From contig CAZTRG010000149.1 in NCBI GenBank assembly GCA_964615885.1, forward strand, positions 2,903 through 66,902: a stretch of 64,000 bases of DNA, written 5' to 3'. Positions 1-11,146 of this stretch are shown one piece after another (the first letter of the stretch is position 1; each line of letters opens with the position of its first letter). Below the pieces are notes generated by a model that worked only from the letters and a program-made list of their open reading frames with translations, was not told the origin of the DNA and did no database searches. Source of the DNA: an uncultured Planctomycetia bacterium. GTDB lineage: Bacteria; Planctomycetota; UBA8108. A program made the translations under genes and the position numbers.

Positions 1-129
1 AACAAAACCGAAAAAAAACTAGCCGCTTTAGCGACTATTATTTAGCCATTTAGCTCGAAAATCGGGTGGGAAGAGCCTTAATATAGCCATCTCGGCTAAT
101 TTTTGCCCCCTACAGCAAATCGGCTCTAA

Positions 130-3100
130 ATGTCTGAAACTGATTTTAAGCATCCAAGATACCGGCTCACCAGGACGCTCGGCCAAGGCGGCATGGGGAC
201 CGTCTACGAGGCACTGGACCTTGATTCAGGCAAGCCCCTGGCTCTCAAGCTCTTCAATGAAAGCAGCCCGGCAGACCGCAGGTTGTTTGAGAGCGAGATC
301 AAAACCCTCGGCTCCCTGCAACATGAGAACATTGTGGAGCTGCTCGATGCAGGGGTCAGCAACAACAGGCTCTACTTCACCATGGAGTACCTGCAGGGGG
401 TGCCGCTGGCGGAATTCCCTGCAAAGCCCCTTCCCACCAGGGAGGGCATTGAATGGCTGCTCAGAGTTACGGCCCAGGTGCTTTCAGCGCTTGAGTACAT
501 CCATGACCGGGGCATCATCCATGGTGACCTCAAACCCTCCAACATCATGGTCCTCGCTCCCGATGAGACTTCAGCAGAAGGCCCCTCTCCAGGAGAAACC
601 TTCAAGCCCGGAAAACACCCCGGGATCAAGCTCCTCGATTTCGGCCTGGCGCGGGGAAGCAACCGGCTGACCGGGAATTCACTGGCTGCGATCTCTACCG
701 GATCCCACGGGGACCCTGGCGCCGGAACCCTGCTCTACATGCCAGCGGAACAGCTGGCCGGCAACCAGGTGACGGAACGCTCGGATTTCTACTCACTGGG
801 GGCATCGCTCTACCATCTCATCACCGGGCGCCCCCCCTTCGAAAGCATGACCGCTGCCTTGACCAGGAAGCCGGCGCCTCCACCGGCCTGCGACCTGAAC
901 TCCGCCTGCTCGAAGGAGCTGGCAGAGGCGCTCATCTCCCTCCTGGAAGAGGTGCCCCACAAGCGCCCGTCCAGTGCAGCGGAGGTGGCCGGACTTATTG
1001 GCGCTCCTGGTGGCACCGCGCAGGATGACCTCCCATTAAAACCACGCCTGATGCGCCCGGTCTTTGTCGGCCGCGAAAAAGAACGAAGCCTCCTCCTGGA
1101 AAGCCTCGAACACTCCTGTAAAGAAAACTCCCTGCGCGCAATCCGGGTGGCCGGAGAGTGCGGGATCGGTAAATCCTGGCTCTTTCACTCCAGCGGGCTG
1201 AAGACACGGGCGGAGCTTGAGAAGGAGGCCCTGGTGCTGGCGAGCTCCTTCCGCCAGGACGGACTGGGAAAAATCTTCCTGCAGGATCCCGCCACTGAAT
1301 TCAGCGCTGGGTTCAGAAAGCGTTTCGGCGGGCCGGAGCCGGCCGGCGAAGAGCAGCCCGCCCTGGCGCCCCGGGAAAGCCGGGAAGGGGCCAACGACTC
1401 TGTCATCACCGAGGCCGCGGAGCTGCTCCGTGGCATGGCCCTCCTTCGCCCCCTGGTGGTCATCCTTGAAGACCTCCAGGAGGCCCCGGATGAAGATATC
1501 GAGCTGCTCGAGCGGCTGGTCGCGGCCCTCAGTGACCTCCCCATCCTGGTGCTGCTCAGCTACCGGGAAGAGGCCGGGCTGCCCGGATCTGCACTCGAGA
1601 GATTCGGTAAGCGGCTTGAACGCATGCAACACCCCGCCCCCCTGCGGCTGGGACAGCTGGAGGATCATGCAGTTGAAGAATATGCCGAGTCGGTACTCAG
1701 CCCCAGGCTGCCGGCAACTGCCGAGCTCCTTGAAGCCCTGGGGAAAAGCTCCAGGGGGAATCCCCTGGCCCTCCACAGGGCGCTGGGCAGGCTGGTCACC
1801 GCAGGAGCACTGGCTCGCCAGGACGGCTGCTGGGGCCTTGCTGAACAGCGCGATGGGATGGCGGAAACCGGCGGGGAGACGGCCCTGATCAACTCCCTCA
1901 GCCCCAGGGCCCGCCTCGTGCTGGCGGTTGCCGGGCTGCTTTCTGAAACCTTTGATGGAGCCCTGCTGGCCTGTGTCCTGGAGGACAAGGAGAAGGACGG
2001 ATTGATTCCCACCACGATGTCCGCCCTGGCCTCCTCTGGATTCCTGATCGAGGACATTGATGGTTACCGGCTGGAGCCCGGCTTTCCTTTAGAGAAACTC
2101 CTGGAGGACTTCACCGCCAGGGAGATCAGGAACCTGCATGAACGAATAGCCACCCTGCTGCTTGAGCTCAACCCCAGCCCGGGTTCAGGGCTCTGCATGA
2201 GAATAGCAGGGCATCTTGACGAGGCAGGCAGGGAGGCCGAGGCCTTTGCTTATTACCGCGCTGCCGCCCGCCTGGGCGCCGGCGATTACTCCAACCAGCT
2301 GAGCGAAGAGGCCTACAGCAGGGCCCTGGAGCTGGCGCCCGGGAAAGAGAAACCTGCAATCCTGGATGAGCTGGCCCACCTGCAGCTAAGGTGCGGACGA
2401 ATCGATGAGGCTCTCCGGCTGCTGCTCGAGGCAGAGAAGCTGGACACAGCCGGCAGCACAGGGAAGCGTGAGCCTGCACCAGGCTGCACCAGGAGATGGG
2501 ATGATATTGCACGAGTGCTTCACCGCCAGGGGAGGCTCGATGAAGCCGAGAAATACTTCCTTCGCAGCATGGAGCTGGCCGGTGAAGACGAGGCCCTGCT
2601 GGCGCGGACCTGCTACGGCCTGGCCGGGGTACTTTTTGACCGGCGTGATTTCGCAGGGGCACGAGATCATTACCAGCGCAGCCTCGATTTTTACACGGAC
2701 TCCGCAGACCCCCGAAAGCTCGTCCCCCTGCACCTGGGCCTTGCCCTCATTGACAGAATCGAGAACCAGTATGACGATTGCATCGAACATTTCAGGGAGG
2801 CCCTCAGGCTGGCCCGGAAAACGGGCAACCTGATCGACATCGCCAGGATCCAGGGAAACCTGGCGAACACCCACCGGGTCATGGGCCAGCTGTCCATAGC
2901 TCTTGAGTATCTCGAGGAATCCACCCGGACGAGGAAGCTGGTCGGAGACAAGCAGGGACTTGCCGTCTGCCTCAACAACCTCTCAAGAATCCAGAGCCAC
3001 CGGGGAGAGCTCCAGGCCGCGCTTGAGGCCACCGAAGAGGCGCTCTCTACCTTCCAGGATGTCGGGGATCGAAAAGGTATCGCCATCACCCGCTGTAACC

Positions 3101-3837
3101 TGGGCGAGCTCCTGCTCCTGCTCGGACGGCCCCTCGATGCGAGAAAGATGCTTGAAGAATGTGAACGCCTTGACCGGGAAAACGAGGGAGCGCCCCTGGC
3201 CTGTAATATCCTCTACAACCTCGCCAGGGTTGAGCTCGTCAGCTGTGATGACCCCATGGCCGAAGAGCTCTTCCAGGAATGCCTCAGCAGGCTGCCGGCT
3301 GAACAGGACCAGGACCTCAGGACCCATGCGCTGGCCGGGCTTGCCGAGATCTTTCTGAACAGGGGCATGGAAGAGGCCGCAGAGGATGCCCTGCGGGAAG
3401 CCGAGGAGCTCTCCACTAAGGGAGCCGGGCAGGAAAACCGGATGTACCTGCGTGGACTTCGGATGAGGCTCTGCAGGCAACGCGGAGAGCTCGAGGAAGC
3501 GATCACCCTGGCCGGGGGCAAGCCAGGGGATGAGGCTGGAAGACACGAAGCTGCCCACCTTGCCCTGGAGCTCGGCGCCACCTACCGCGACCTCGGCCCC
3601 GACTGGGCCGACAAGACCGAGAAGTACCTGAACAGGGCTGCGGGGGAATTTGAAAATATGGGCTGTCCGGTTGAGGCAGCCGAAGCACTGGGTGAGCTCT
3701 CCGTCTACTGGAGGCTTACAGGAGAAGAGGAGGCCGCTGCGGAAAACCTGCAGCATGCCGAGAGGCTGCTCAGCTCAGGCCAGCTGGGGCCACGGCTCTC
3801 CCGCTTTACGGAAATATTTAAATCGAGGTCACCATGA
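130..3837 (+). CDS. Multidomain Ser/Thr protein kinase (PknK-like): N-terminal kinase, central P-loop STAND/AAA_16 NTPase, C-terminal TPR repeats
   Basis: Kinase motifs: G-loop [13 protein letters not shown]-like ALKLF, catalytic loop [10 protein letters not shown] (Gly replaces Arg, so non-RD type), DFG present (LLDFGLARG). Walker A GECGIGKS about residue 350. C-terminal degenerate TPR-like helical repeats. 1235 aa. Confidence 0.85.
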   Translation: MSETDFKHPRYRLTRTLGQGGMGTVYEALDLDSGKPLALKLFNESSPADRRLFESEIKTLGSLQHENIVELLDAGVSNNRLYFTMEYLQGVPLAEFPAKPLPTREGIEWLLRVTAQVLSALEYIHDRGIIHGDLKPSNIMVLAPDETSAEGPSPGETFKPGKHPGIKLLDFGLARGSNRLTGNSLAAISTGSHGDPGAGTLLYMPAEQLAGNQVTERSDFYSLGASLYHLITGRPPFESMTAALTRKPAPPPACDLNSACSKELAEALISLLEEVPHKRPSSAAEVAGLIGAPGGTAQDDLPLKPRLMRPVFVGREKERSLLLESLEHSCKENSLRAIRVAGECGIGKSWLFHSSGLKTRAELEKEALVLASSFRQDGLGKIFLQDPATEFSAGFRKRFGGPEPAGEEQPALAPRESREGANDSVITEAAELLRGMALLRPLVVILEDLQEAPDEDIELLERLVAALSDLPILVLLSYREEAGLPGSALERFGKRLERMQHPAPLRLGQLEDHAVEEYAESVLSPRLPATAELLEALGKSSRGNPLALHRALGRLVTAGALARQDGCWGLAEQRDGMAETGGETALINSLSPRARLVLAVAGLLSETFDGALLACVLEDKEKDGLIPTTMSALASSGFLIEDIDGYRLEPGFPLEKLLEDFTAREIRNLHERIATLLLELNPSPGSGLCMRIAGHLDEAGREAEAFAYYRAAARLGAGDYSNQLSEEAYSRALELAPGKEKPAILDELAHLQLRCGRIDEALRLLLEAEKLDTAGSTGKREPAPGCTRRWDDIARVLHRQGRLDEAEKYFLRSMELAGEDEALLARTCYGLAGVLFDRRDFAGARDHYQRSLDFYTDSADPRKLVPLHLGLALIDRIENQYDDCIEHFREALRLARKTGNLIDIARIQGNLANTHRVMGQLSIALEYLEESTRTRKLVGDKQGLAVCLNNLSRIQSHRGELQAALEATEEALSTFQDVGDRKGIAITRCNLGELLLLLGRPLDARKMLEECERLDRENEGAPLACNILYNLARVELVSCDDPMAEELFQECLSRLPAEQDQDLRTHALAGLAEIFLNRGMEEAAEDALREAEELSTKGAGQENRMYLRGLRMRLCRQRGELEEAITLAGGKPGDEAGRHEAAHLALELGATYRDLGPDWADKTEKYLNRAAGEFENMGCPVEAAEALGELSVYWRLTGEEEAAAENLQHAERLLSSGQLGPRLSRFTEIFKSRSP

Positions 3838-5618
3838 GTAAAACCACCTACAGGCGCAAGGCAATCCTGTCTCGAATTCACAATGCCCTGAACGCCTTCT
3901 ACCTGCTCCAGAAAATCGACTGGAAATACAACATTGCCGAGAGCCTCGAAAAGATCCTCGGCCTTGCCCTGGAAGAAATCGAGCTGGATGGGGAGAAGAC
4001 CATCGAGCGCGCCCTCATCATCGTACAGAACCCCGGGGGAGAAGATCTCGAGGTAAAGGCCGGCTGGAAAACAGACGGAGCAGATCTCAGCTTCAGCCAT
4101 ACAGTCGTGCAGGAGACCTTTGAGCGCGGCCAGCCCATACTTTGCGAAAACGCCAAGGACGATCCGCGCTTCATGAATGCCGAGAGCCTCAAACAGATCG
4201 AGACCCTGTCGCTGATTGCTGTACCGATGCAGTACGAGGAGCGATCCGTCGGGGTCTTCTATGTCGAAAGCGAATCTGCAGGCAACGTATTCAATTCCGA
4301 TGACCTTGAATTCCTGCAGGAGTTCGCAACGACCATCACCCCCTACGTCAAGTTCGGGCTCACCCACCAGGGCCATGTGCAGGAAATTCGCAAGCTCCAG
4401 GAAGCTGTCAGCGGACGCTACGATATGGGTAATATCATCGGCAGGAGCGAAGCGATCACAGGGGTCTTCGAGCTGGTTCGAATTGCGGCCGACGTCGACC
4501 GCACTGTCCTGATCACCGGGGAGTCAGGATCAGGCAAGGAGTTGATCGCCAACGCCATCCACCACAACGGCCGGCGCAAGACAGCCCCCTTCATCGTCGT
4601 AGACTGCTCGGGGCTCTCCGAACATCTCCTCGAAAGCGAGCTCTTCGGCCACCTCAAGGGAGCCTTTACCGGCGCCGGCAATGACAAGACGGGGGCCTTC
4701 GAAGAGGCCAGCGGCGGCACGATCTTTCTCGACGAGATCAAGGACGCCTCCAGGAGCCTGCAGCAGAAGCTGCGCAGGGTTCTGCAGGAGGGAGAGATTC
4801 GGCGGGTCGGTGAAAACACCGCCCGCAAGGTGGATGTCCGGGTCATCTGTGCAACCAACGAAGATCTTGGTGAGCGGGTGCAGTCCGGTGACTTCATCCA
4901 GGACCTCTACTACAGGGTCAACAAGTTCCCCATTCATGTCCCCTCTCTGAAGGAGCGGCGTGAAGACATCCCGCTGCTGGTAGCCCACTTTCTTCGCCTG
5001 ATGGACCAGGCCGAGCCACAGGACAGCTCCACCGAGATCAGCCCGGACGCCATGGAGGCACTGGTTCACCATGACTGGAGCAAAAACAACATCAGGCAGC
5101 TTCGCAATACTGTTGAGCTGGCTCGAGATCTCGCTGAAGGCGACACCATTGATCTCCCCATCCTGGAGAGGGTCCTGCGGATACAAAGCGGGGAGAGTCC
5201 CGGCCTCCTTACCCCGGGACCGGCAGGTGCTGATGAACTTGACCCTGGTTGCCTGGTGAGAATCAACAGTGAGGAGTTCGGAAGCCTGCTGGAAAAGGAG
5301 ACCGCCCGTAGTCCTGAAGACAAGCGTGAGCGGGGCGAGACCCCCTTCTACCGTCTCCAGTCGGAATTCCAGGCCAGGGCCATCACCGAGGGCCTGCGCT
5401 CCTGCAGGTGGAAGATCAGGCCTGCCGCCCGGCTGCTGGGGATCAGCCCGATGAAGCTGCGCACAGCCCTGAAGGACTACCTGGAGTTTCTGCTCAGAAG
5501 CCGGGTCAGGGACCTTGAGCAGGCGGCCGGGGAGCTTGATATCCCACTCGAGGTGCTGCAGAAAAAAGCGAAGGACTTCGGACTCGAGGGCCTGGAGACA
5601 GGGGAGGAGGTCTCATGA
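3834..5618 (+). CDS. Sigma-54-dependent transcriptional activator with N-terminal GAF domain and C-terminal Fis-type HTH
   Basis: AAA+ sigma-54 interaction motifs [15 protein letters not shown] and GAFTGA. N-terminal GAF-like region. C-terminal HTH ([16 protein letters not shown]). 4-nt ATGA overlap with the upstream kinase gene. Confidence 0.85.
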   Translation: MSKTTYRRKAILSRIHNALNAFYLLQKIDWKYNIAESLEKILGLALEEIELDGEKTIERALIIVQNPGGEDLEVKAGWKTDGADLSFSHTVVQETFERGQPILCENAKDDPRFMNAESLKQIETLSLIAVPMQYEERSVGVFYVESESAGNVFNSDDLEFLQEFATTITPYVKFGLTHQGHVQEIRKLQEAVSGRYDMGNIIGRSEAITGVFELVRIAADVDRTVLITGESGSGKELIANAIHHNGRRKTAPFIVVDCSGLSEHLLESELFGHLKGAFTGAGNDKTGAFEEASGGTIFLDEIKDASRSLQQKLRRVLQEGEIRRVGENTARKVDVRVICATNEDLGERVQSGDFIQDLYYRVNKFPIHVPSLKERREDIPLLVAHFLRLMDQAEPQDSSTEISPDAMEALVHHDWSKNNIRQLRNTVELARDLAEGDTIDLPILERVLRIQSGESPGLLTPGPAGADELDPGCLVRINSEEFGSLLEKETARSPEDKRERGETPFYRLQSEFQARAITEGLRSCRWKIRPAARLLGISPMKLRTALKDYLEFLLRSRVRDLEQAAGELDIPLEVLQKKAKDFGLEGLETGEEVS

Positions 5619-5896
5619 AAATAGGACTGATTCGTATTCACTTTCATATCGCCGAGGCGCAGTCACTGAAACAGAAACGCCAGGTGATGCGCTCGATCAA
5701 GGACCGCCTGCGCAACCAGTTCAACGTGGCGGTGGCAGAGATCGGCTCCAACGATCTCTGGCAAACCGGGGAGCTGGCTGTTGTCACCGTAGCCAACGAG
5801 CATCGCTTCGTCGATTCAATGCTTCAGAAGATCAATAACTTCTTCGAAGAGCAGCTGCCCATCAGGGTCATCGAAGGACGTATCGAGATCCTCTGA
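5615..5896 (+). CDS. DUF503 (YlxP-like) small protein
   Basis: 93 aa, [12 protein letters not shown]...[17 protein letters not shown] pattern typical of DUF503. 4-nt overlap with the sigma-54 activator gene. Confidence 0.55.
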   Translation: MKIGLIRIHFHIAEAQSLKQKRQVMRSIKDRLRNQFNVAVAEIGSNDLWQTGELAVVTVANEHRFVDSMLQKINNFFEEQLPIRVIEGRIEIL

Positions 5897-5937
5897 CACG
5901 CTGGCCGGTACACAGGAAAGAGCCGGGAGCCCCTGGC

Positions 5938-7941
5938 TCAGTCTTCCTTGTTACGCTCAGCATTGTAGGCTGCGATCACCTTCTGCTGAACATTGCCCGG
6001 GACAGTCTCGTTGTGATCGAACTCGATGGTATAGGAGCCCTGGCCACCGGTAACGGACCCGAGGCTGCTGGCGTAATCACTGAGCTCAGCCAGGGGGACC
6101 AGCGCCTTGAGAGTCTGGAAATCGCCCTGTGCATCAACACCCTGCACCCGGCCCCGCCGGCGGGTGATATCGCCCTGGATATCACCGGTGTATTCACTCG
6201 GAAAGGTGACCTCGAGGTTGACGATCGGCTCCAGGAGAACCGGCTTGGCGTTGTTGATGGCCTCCTTGAAGGCTCCCCTGCCGGCCTTCTGAAAGGCCAC
6301 ATCCTTTGAATCGACAGGGTGCTCCTTGCCATCGTAGACCTCCACCTTGATGTCGACGAACTCACATCCTGCAATCACGCCATCCTTCATCATCGCGGTG
6401 ATTCCCTTCTCCACCGACTGAACATAGCTCTGGCTGATAGCGCCTCCGAAGATGCTGTTGACGAACTCGAGCCCGGCACCTCTCTCAGTCGGCTCAACCC
6501 TGAGCCAGACCTCGGCAAACTCTCCAGAGCCACCGCTCTGTTTCTTATGCCTGTTCTGTGCATCTCCCTTGGCGCTGATCGTCTCAAGGTAGGGAATCTT
6601 GGGCGGCTGGGTGGCAACCTCGACTCCATAACGCGACTTGAGCCTCTCCCAGAGAATCTGTAAATGAAGCTCGCTGACCCCGGAAATAACCAGCTCCCCT
6701 GTCCGGTCATCCCGCGAAGAGGTCAAACACACATCTTCCTCTACGAGCTTGACGAAGGATTCGGCGAATTTCTTTTCGTCCGCCTTGGTCTTCGGGCTCG
6801 TCGCCTTCCCCGACATGGGCAGCGGAATTTTCGGAGCGGTCATCGACCGTTTTGAATCTGAATTCAGGTAATCAAAAGTCTTCAGCCCCTCGACCTTGAT
6901 CAGGGCCCCGATTTCTCCAGCCCCGAGCTCATCGACGGTATCCTGTTCTTTTCCCTGGAAGCGAATCAGCTTACCGACCTTCTCCTGCTTTCCCGTATGG
7001 GGATTCAGGAAAGAGCCTCCCTGGCTGATCGAACCGGAATAGACCCTCAGGTAGGTCAGCTTTCCGACAAAGGGGTCACTGACAGCACGGAAAACCCTGG
7101 CGGAGAAAGGTGCATCGGCTGCATTCGAGACAGCCTGTGTATCTTCTTCATTCGCCGGGTCAAAATGCTCGCGGCCCTGGTCTAAAGAGGCCGGGGGAGC
7201 ATAGCGGACAAAGCCATCAAGCAATTCCTTGATTCCCACATCCGTCTTTGAGCTGACAGCGTAGACGGGAAAAATACTCCTGGACCTCACCGCCTCGATA
7301 CATTGCTTCGCAAGCACCTCGGGGGTTATTTCCTCGCCCTCCAGGTAGCTCTCCATGAGCTCGTCATTGGACTCGATAATCGATTCCATCAGATCATCGG
7401 AGTTGCCGAGATTGTCCTGCACCGCTGAAAAACCGGCTCCTGACTCATCAGGAGCGGTCATCGGCAGACAGCTGGGATCCAGCTGTTCCTGAACGGCGCT
7501 GAGAACCTGGTCAAAATCAGCGTGCTCCCGGTCAACGCGGTTAATGACCACGAAACAGGGCAGGTTCGCATCGCGGGCAATTTCCCAGACCTTCCTGGTA
7601 TTGGGCCTGATCCCCTCATCACTGCAGATAACAATCGCCATCAGATCCGTACCGGCAGTCGAACAATAGACCTGGCCGATGAAATCACGGTAGCCGGGAG
7701 TGTCGATGAACTGCAGGAGGGTGTCCTGGGTATCTACACTCGCACAGGCAAGATCGATCGAGTGGTTGCGCTCCCTCTCCTGGTCATCATAGTCGCAGAC
7801 GCTGGTTCCATCGTCCACAGACCCCTTCCTGTCGATACCGCCGGCGGTAAACAGAAGGCTCTCGACCAGAGAGGATTTGCCGCAAGTGCTGTGACCTGCG
7901 AAGGCTATATTACGAATCTTGTCGGGCGATTTCGCAGCCAT
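5938..7941 (-). CDS. EF-G family translational GTPase paralog (EF-G-like, divergent G motifs)
   Basis: N-terminal GTPase: G1 AHSTCGKS (variant of AHxDxGKT), G3 DTPG, G4 NRVD. Domains II-V alignable to EF-G. 667 aa, shorter than canonical FusA. Confidence 0.75.
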   Translation of the reverse strand: MAAKSPDKIRNIAFAGHSTCGKSSLVESLLFTAGGIDRKGSVDDGTSVCDYDDQERERNHSIDLACASVDTQDTLLQFIDTPGYRDFIGQVYCSTAGTDLMAIVICSDEGIRPNTRKVWEIARDANLPCFVVINRVDREHADFDQVLSAVQEQLDPSCLPMTAPDESGAGFSAVQDNLGNSDDLMESIIESNDELMESYLEGEEITPEVLAKQCIEAVRSRSIFPVYAVSSKTDVGIKELLDGFVRYAPPASLDQGREHFDPANEEDTQAVSNAADAPFSARVFRAVSDPFVGKLTYLRVYSGSISQGGSFLNPHTGKQEKVGKLIRFQGKEQDTVDELGAGEIGALIKVEGLKTFDYLNSDSKRSMTAPKIPLPMSGKATSPKTKADEKKFAESFVKLVEEDVCLTSSRDDRTGELVISGVSELHLQILWERLKSRYGVEVATQPPKIPYLETISAKGDAQNRHKKQSGGSGEFAEVWLRVEPTERGAGLEFVNSIFGGAISQSYVQSVEKGITAMMKDGVIAGCEFVDIKVEVYDGKEHPVDSKDVAFQKAGRGAFKEAINNAKPVLLEPIVNLEVTFPSEYTGDIQGDITRRRGRVQGVDAQGDFQTLKALVPLAELSDYASSLGSVTGGQGSYTIEFDHNETVPGNVQQKVIAAYNAERNKED

Positions 7942-8054
7942 TCTGTATCTCCATGAAATGTTGGGAAACGTCAGAATCTACCGAGAAACGCCCATGGAAT
8001 CCACTCTTAAAACGGCCCCGGGCGGACTCCGAAAGATTCTCGCACAGAAAAAAT

Positions 8055-8507
8055 TCAGACCTGGAAAGACTCCAGGTAAAGACGTTCAGCCCGTCTCATC
8101 TTTCTGCGTCCGGCAGCATCCTTGTCATCGTAGCCGAGAAGATGAAGAACCCCGTGGATGGCATAGAGAGCCAGCTCCACAGGGTAGTCAATTCCCCGGC
8201 TGCTGGCAGAGCTGCGGGCCGTATCCACCGATACAACCACCTCCCCGAGCAGGTCGTCATCGAGAGGATCGCCCTCCAGCGGCTTCCCCTCTGTACGCAT
8301 GGGAAACGTTACGACATCGGTGGCGTAATCATGGGAGAGATAATCCCGGTTGAGCTGCCTGATCTCGGCATCATCGACGAAGCAGACATGAACTCCCATA
8401 CAGGTCTCATGATCCTCAAGCAAGCGGATGAGAACCTCGCGCAGGGCGGCCTTCTGCTGCGCATCCAGGGGTCTCTTGCCAAGGAAGTCGATGGCCGGGC
8501 CGCTCAA
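8055..8507 (-). CDS. ybeY: Endoribonuclease YbeY (rRNA maturation factor)
   Basis: HGVLHLLGYDD zinc-binding motif, 150 aa. 4-nt overlap with the upstream HD gene. Confidence 0.85.
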   Translation of the reverse strand: MSGPAIDFLGKRPLDAQQKAALREVLIRLLEDHETCMGVHVCFVDDAEIRQLNRDYLSHDYATDVVTFPMRTEGKPLEGDPLDDDLLGEVVVSVDTARSSASSRGIDYPVELALYAIHGVLHLLGYDDKDAAGRRKMRRAERLYLESFQV

Positions 8508-10087
8508 GTGGCCTCCACCCTGGCTTCAGCATCCGATTCCGGGGGCGGCGATGACGCGCCGGTTTCTTCTACCTTGCTATCGTCCTCGAGCTCGGGGTAC
8601 TCGACCCGCCCGTGGTAAATATTGGTGAGCGTAGCCTCAAAGCTCTCCTCGATCCGGTAGAGATCCGCCATGGTGAGCTGGCATTCATCCAGCTGGCCGT
8701 CAAAGATCCGTTTTCGGATCATCTCCCTGGCAATCTCTCTGAACCTCGCCGGCGTTGGATCCTGGAGGCTCTTGGCAATGGCCTCCACTGAATCGGCAAG
8801 CATCAGGATTCCTGCTTCGGGGAAGGTGGGCTTCGGGCCCGGGTAGCGGTACTCCGTGTCCTCGGTGGAATTCTCCTCCTCCTCACCCTCCTCCTGGCGC
8901 GCCTTGTGATAGAAGAACTCGACGACCGTCGTGCCGTGATGCATTGGAATCATATCGATAATCTGCTGGGGAAGCTTCTCCTCGCTGGCGAGGATAATAC
9001 CCTCCTTCACATGCGACATGATGATGAGCTTGGACATCGATGGCCTCAGCTGGTCATGAATCGACTTGTCCTTGCCCATGTTCTCGGCGAAATACTCAGG
9101 CTTGTAGATCTTGCCGACATCGTGATACCAGGCCCCCGCATCCGCCAGCAGCACATTGCCCCCGATAGCCTCGGTTGCATCATGGGCGAGCTGCTGCACC
9201 CCGAGGGTGTGCTGGAAAGTCCCCGGTGCCCGCTCACGAAGAACGCGCAGGAGCTTGTTGTTCGGATCTGCCAGCTCGAGGAGCCTGCGCTCGGTCAGCA
9301 CCCCGAAGGCCACCTCTATCTGCGGAAGCAGGCTGGTAACAATACCACCTGAGATCAGGCCCCCGACCAGGGCAAGTCCCGGATCGAGCAGCCAGCCCCT
9401 GAGGTCAAGGTCGGCAATTGCAGGGGTCTCTATCGCCTTGAAACACAGAACGGCAATCGCCTGGACCAGTCCCGCCTTCAAGCCAACGAGAACCGGCCGT
9501 GACTGTTTGCGCACCTGCCTGACACCGAGCACCGAGGCAACGGCTCCAAGACTGAGGCTGATCGCCAGGACAAAGGGATTGAATCCCTGGTACAGCTCCG
9601 GCTGGGATGAAAGCAGGGTGGCCTGGTAAAGAAGTGCAAGGTAGGAAGCCACTCCTCCACACAGGAGAATCGCAACCATATTCCTGTAGGCCAGCCCGGC
9701 AATCATGGCCAGGGCCGGCAGCGGCAGCAGGAAGGGCGGCCAGTTGACCTCGAACATGCCCCAGGAGAGGCTGACGGTCAGCACGATGAGCAGGACGAAC
9801 TGGTTAAACTTAGCAGTCGACTGAAAAAGAGCCGTCTGGACCCGGTTGATAACCAGCACTCCCAGGGCTGTGACCATCACGAGGATCCCGGCAAAGCCTA
9901 CCTGCTCATGCAGGCTCTTTTTGCCGATGTTGAGTAAGAGGAGAAGAAGGAAGACCAGCACCGAGGTCACCACGAGCCGGAAGATCAGGTTCGCCTGGCG
10001 AGCGCTTTCTTTCAGGACGACCTCCTGCCCCTGCTGGCGGGACCTGAGGAACTCGTCGATTCTCTTGGCTTTTCGCTTCCTTGCCAT
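8504..10087 (-). CDS. 7TM-HD (HDIG) membrane phosphohydrolase, PgpH/YqfF-like
   Basis: N-terminal multi-TM region followed by an HD domain (HDVGKIYKPEYF, MIPMHHGT). Conserved phoH-HD-ybeY arrangement. Confidence 0.8.
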   Translation of the reverse strand: MARKRKAKRIDEFLRSRQQGQEVVLKESARQANLIFRLVVTSVLVFLLLLLLNIGKKSLHEQVGFAGILVMVTALGVLVINRVQTALFQSTAKFNQFVLLIVLTVSLSWGMFEVNWPPFLLPLPALAMIAGLAYRNMVAILLCGGVASYLALLYQATLLSSQPELYQGFNPFVLAISLSLGAVASVLGVRQVRKQSRPVLVGLKAGLVQAIAVLCFKAIETPAIADLDLRGWLLDPGLALVGGLISGGIVTSLLPQIEVAFGVLTERRLLELADPNNKLLRVLRERAPGTFQHTLGVQQLAHDATEAIGGNVLLADAGAWYHDVGKIYKPEYFAENMGKDKSIHDQLRPSMSKLIIMSHVKEGIILASEEKLPQQIIDMIPMHHGTTVVEFFYHKARQEEGEEEENSTEDTEYRYPGPKPTFPEAGILMLADSVEAIAKSLQDPTPARFREIAREMIRKRIFDGQLDECQLTMADLYRIEESFEATLTNIYHGRVEYPELEDDSKVEETGASSPPPESDAEARVEAT

Positions 10088-10140
10088 CTTTCTCTCAGCC
10101 CGCCTGGAAACAGCTTCCGGCCGCTTCCGGCAGAGCCCTT

Positions 10141-11136
10141 TTATTTGCCCCCGGGCCGGTTCTCATTGTCATGCTTTTCGTAGGCCTCAACGATTTTCTT
10201 TACCAGGGGGTGGCGCACGATATCCACCTTCTCGAGCTCAACCCAGCCGATCCCGGTAATGCCATCAACAATCGCCCCCGCATGCACCAGGCCTGAGAGC
10301 TGGTCCTCGGGCAGGTCAAACTGGGTCACGTCCCCGTTGGCGATGACCTTGGAGCCCATACCCAGGCGGGTGAGGAACATCTTCATCTGTGAGACCGTTG
10401 TGTTCTGTCCCTCGTCGAGAATGATAAACGCGTTGTTGAGGGTGCGGCCCCGCATATAAGCCAGGGGGATAATCTCAATGATCTCACGCTCAATGTAGCG
10501 CTTGACCTGTTCCATCCCCAGTACATCGTTGAGCGCATCATAAAGCGGCTGCAGGTAGGGATTGACCTTCGCCTGGAAATCGCCGGGCAGGAAGCCGAGC
10601 TTCTCCCCCGCCTCCACCGCCGGGCGGCAGAGAATGAGCTTCTGGTAGTCCCCTTCACGCAAGCCATCGACTGCCATGCGAACGGCCAGGTAGGTCTTGC
10701 CGGTACCGGCCGGCCCGATGCAGAAAACCATCTCGTTGCGCAGTATGGATTCTATGTATTTTTCCTGCCCCCCGGAGCGGGCGAGGTTCCTGACGGTCGC
10801 TCGCTCCTTCGAAGTCAGCTTTCTCTCTTTGCCCTGGCCGCTGGAAGCTTCCTCTTCTTCAGCTCCCTGGCTTTCAGCAGCGGCCCTCAGCCTGGCGATC
10901 CGGGACTCGACATACAGATCCGGCAGCTCGGCCCCCGCCCTGTAGATCTCGATCATGTCCTGCAGGAGCCTGTGGGCATGATGGACCGGTCCCTCTGCAC
11001 CCTCGAGGTGCACAACACCGCTTCGTGCAGCGACCTGGACCTCCAGGCCGTCACGAATCTCCCGCAGGTGGGCATCCCCCGCCCCGAAAATAAACATGGC
11101 CTCTTCCTGAGAAGCCACCTCGATAGCTAATTCCAT
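10141..11136 (-). CDS. phoH: PhoH-like ATPase
   Basis: Walker A GPAGTGKTYLAV, PhoH family conservation. Start trimmed to ATG at 11134-11136 (MELAIEV...) to avoid a 41-nt overlap with cdsA. The ORF-track start at 11187 is an alternative. Confidence 0.8.
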   Translation of the reverse strand: MELAIEVASQEEAMFIFGAGDAHLREIRDGLEVQVAARSGVVHLEGAEGPVHHAHRLLQDMIEIYRAGAELPDLYVESRIARLRAAAESQGAEEEEASSGQGKERKLTSKERATVRNLARSGGQEKYIESILRNEMVFCIGPAGTGKTYLAVRMAVDGLREGDYQKLILCRPAVEAGEKLGFLPGDFQAKVNPYLQPLYDALNDVLGMEQVKRYIEREIIEIIPLAYMRGRTLNNAFIILDEGQNTTVSQMKMFLTRLGMGSKVIANGDVTQFDLPEDQLSGLVHAGAIVDGITGIGWVELEKVDIVRHPLVKKIVEAYEKHDNENRPGGK

Positions 11137-11146
11137 GTAATGACCG

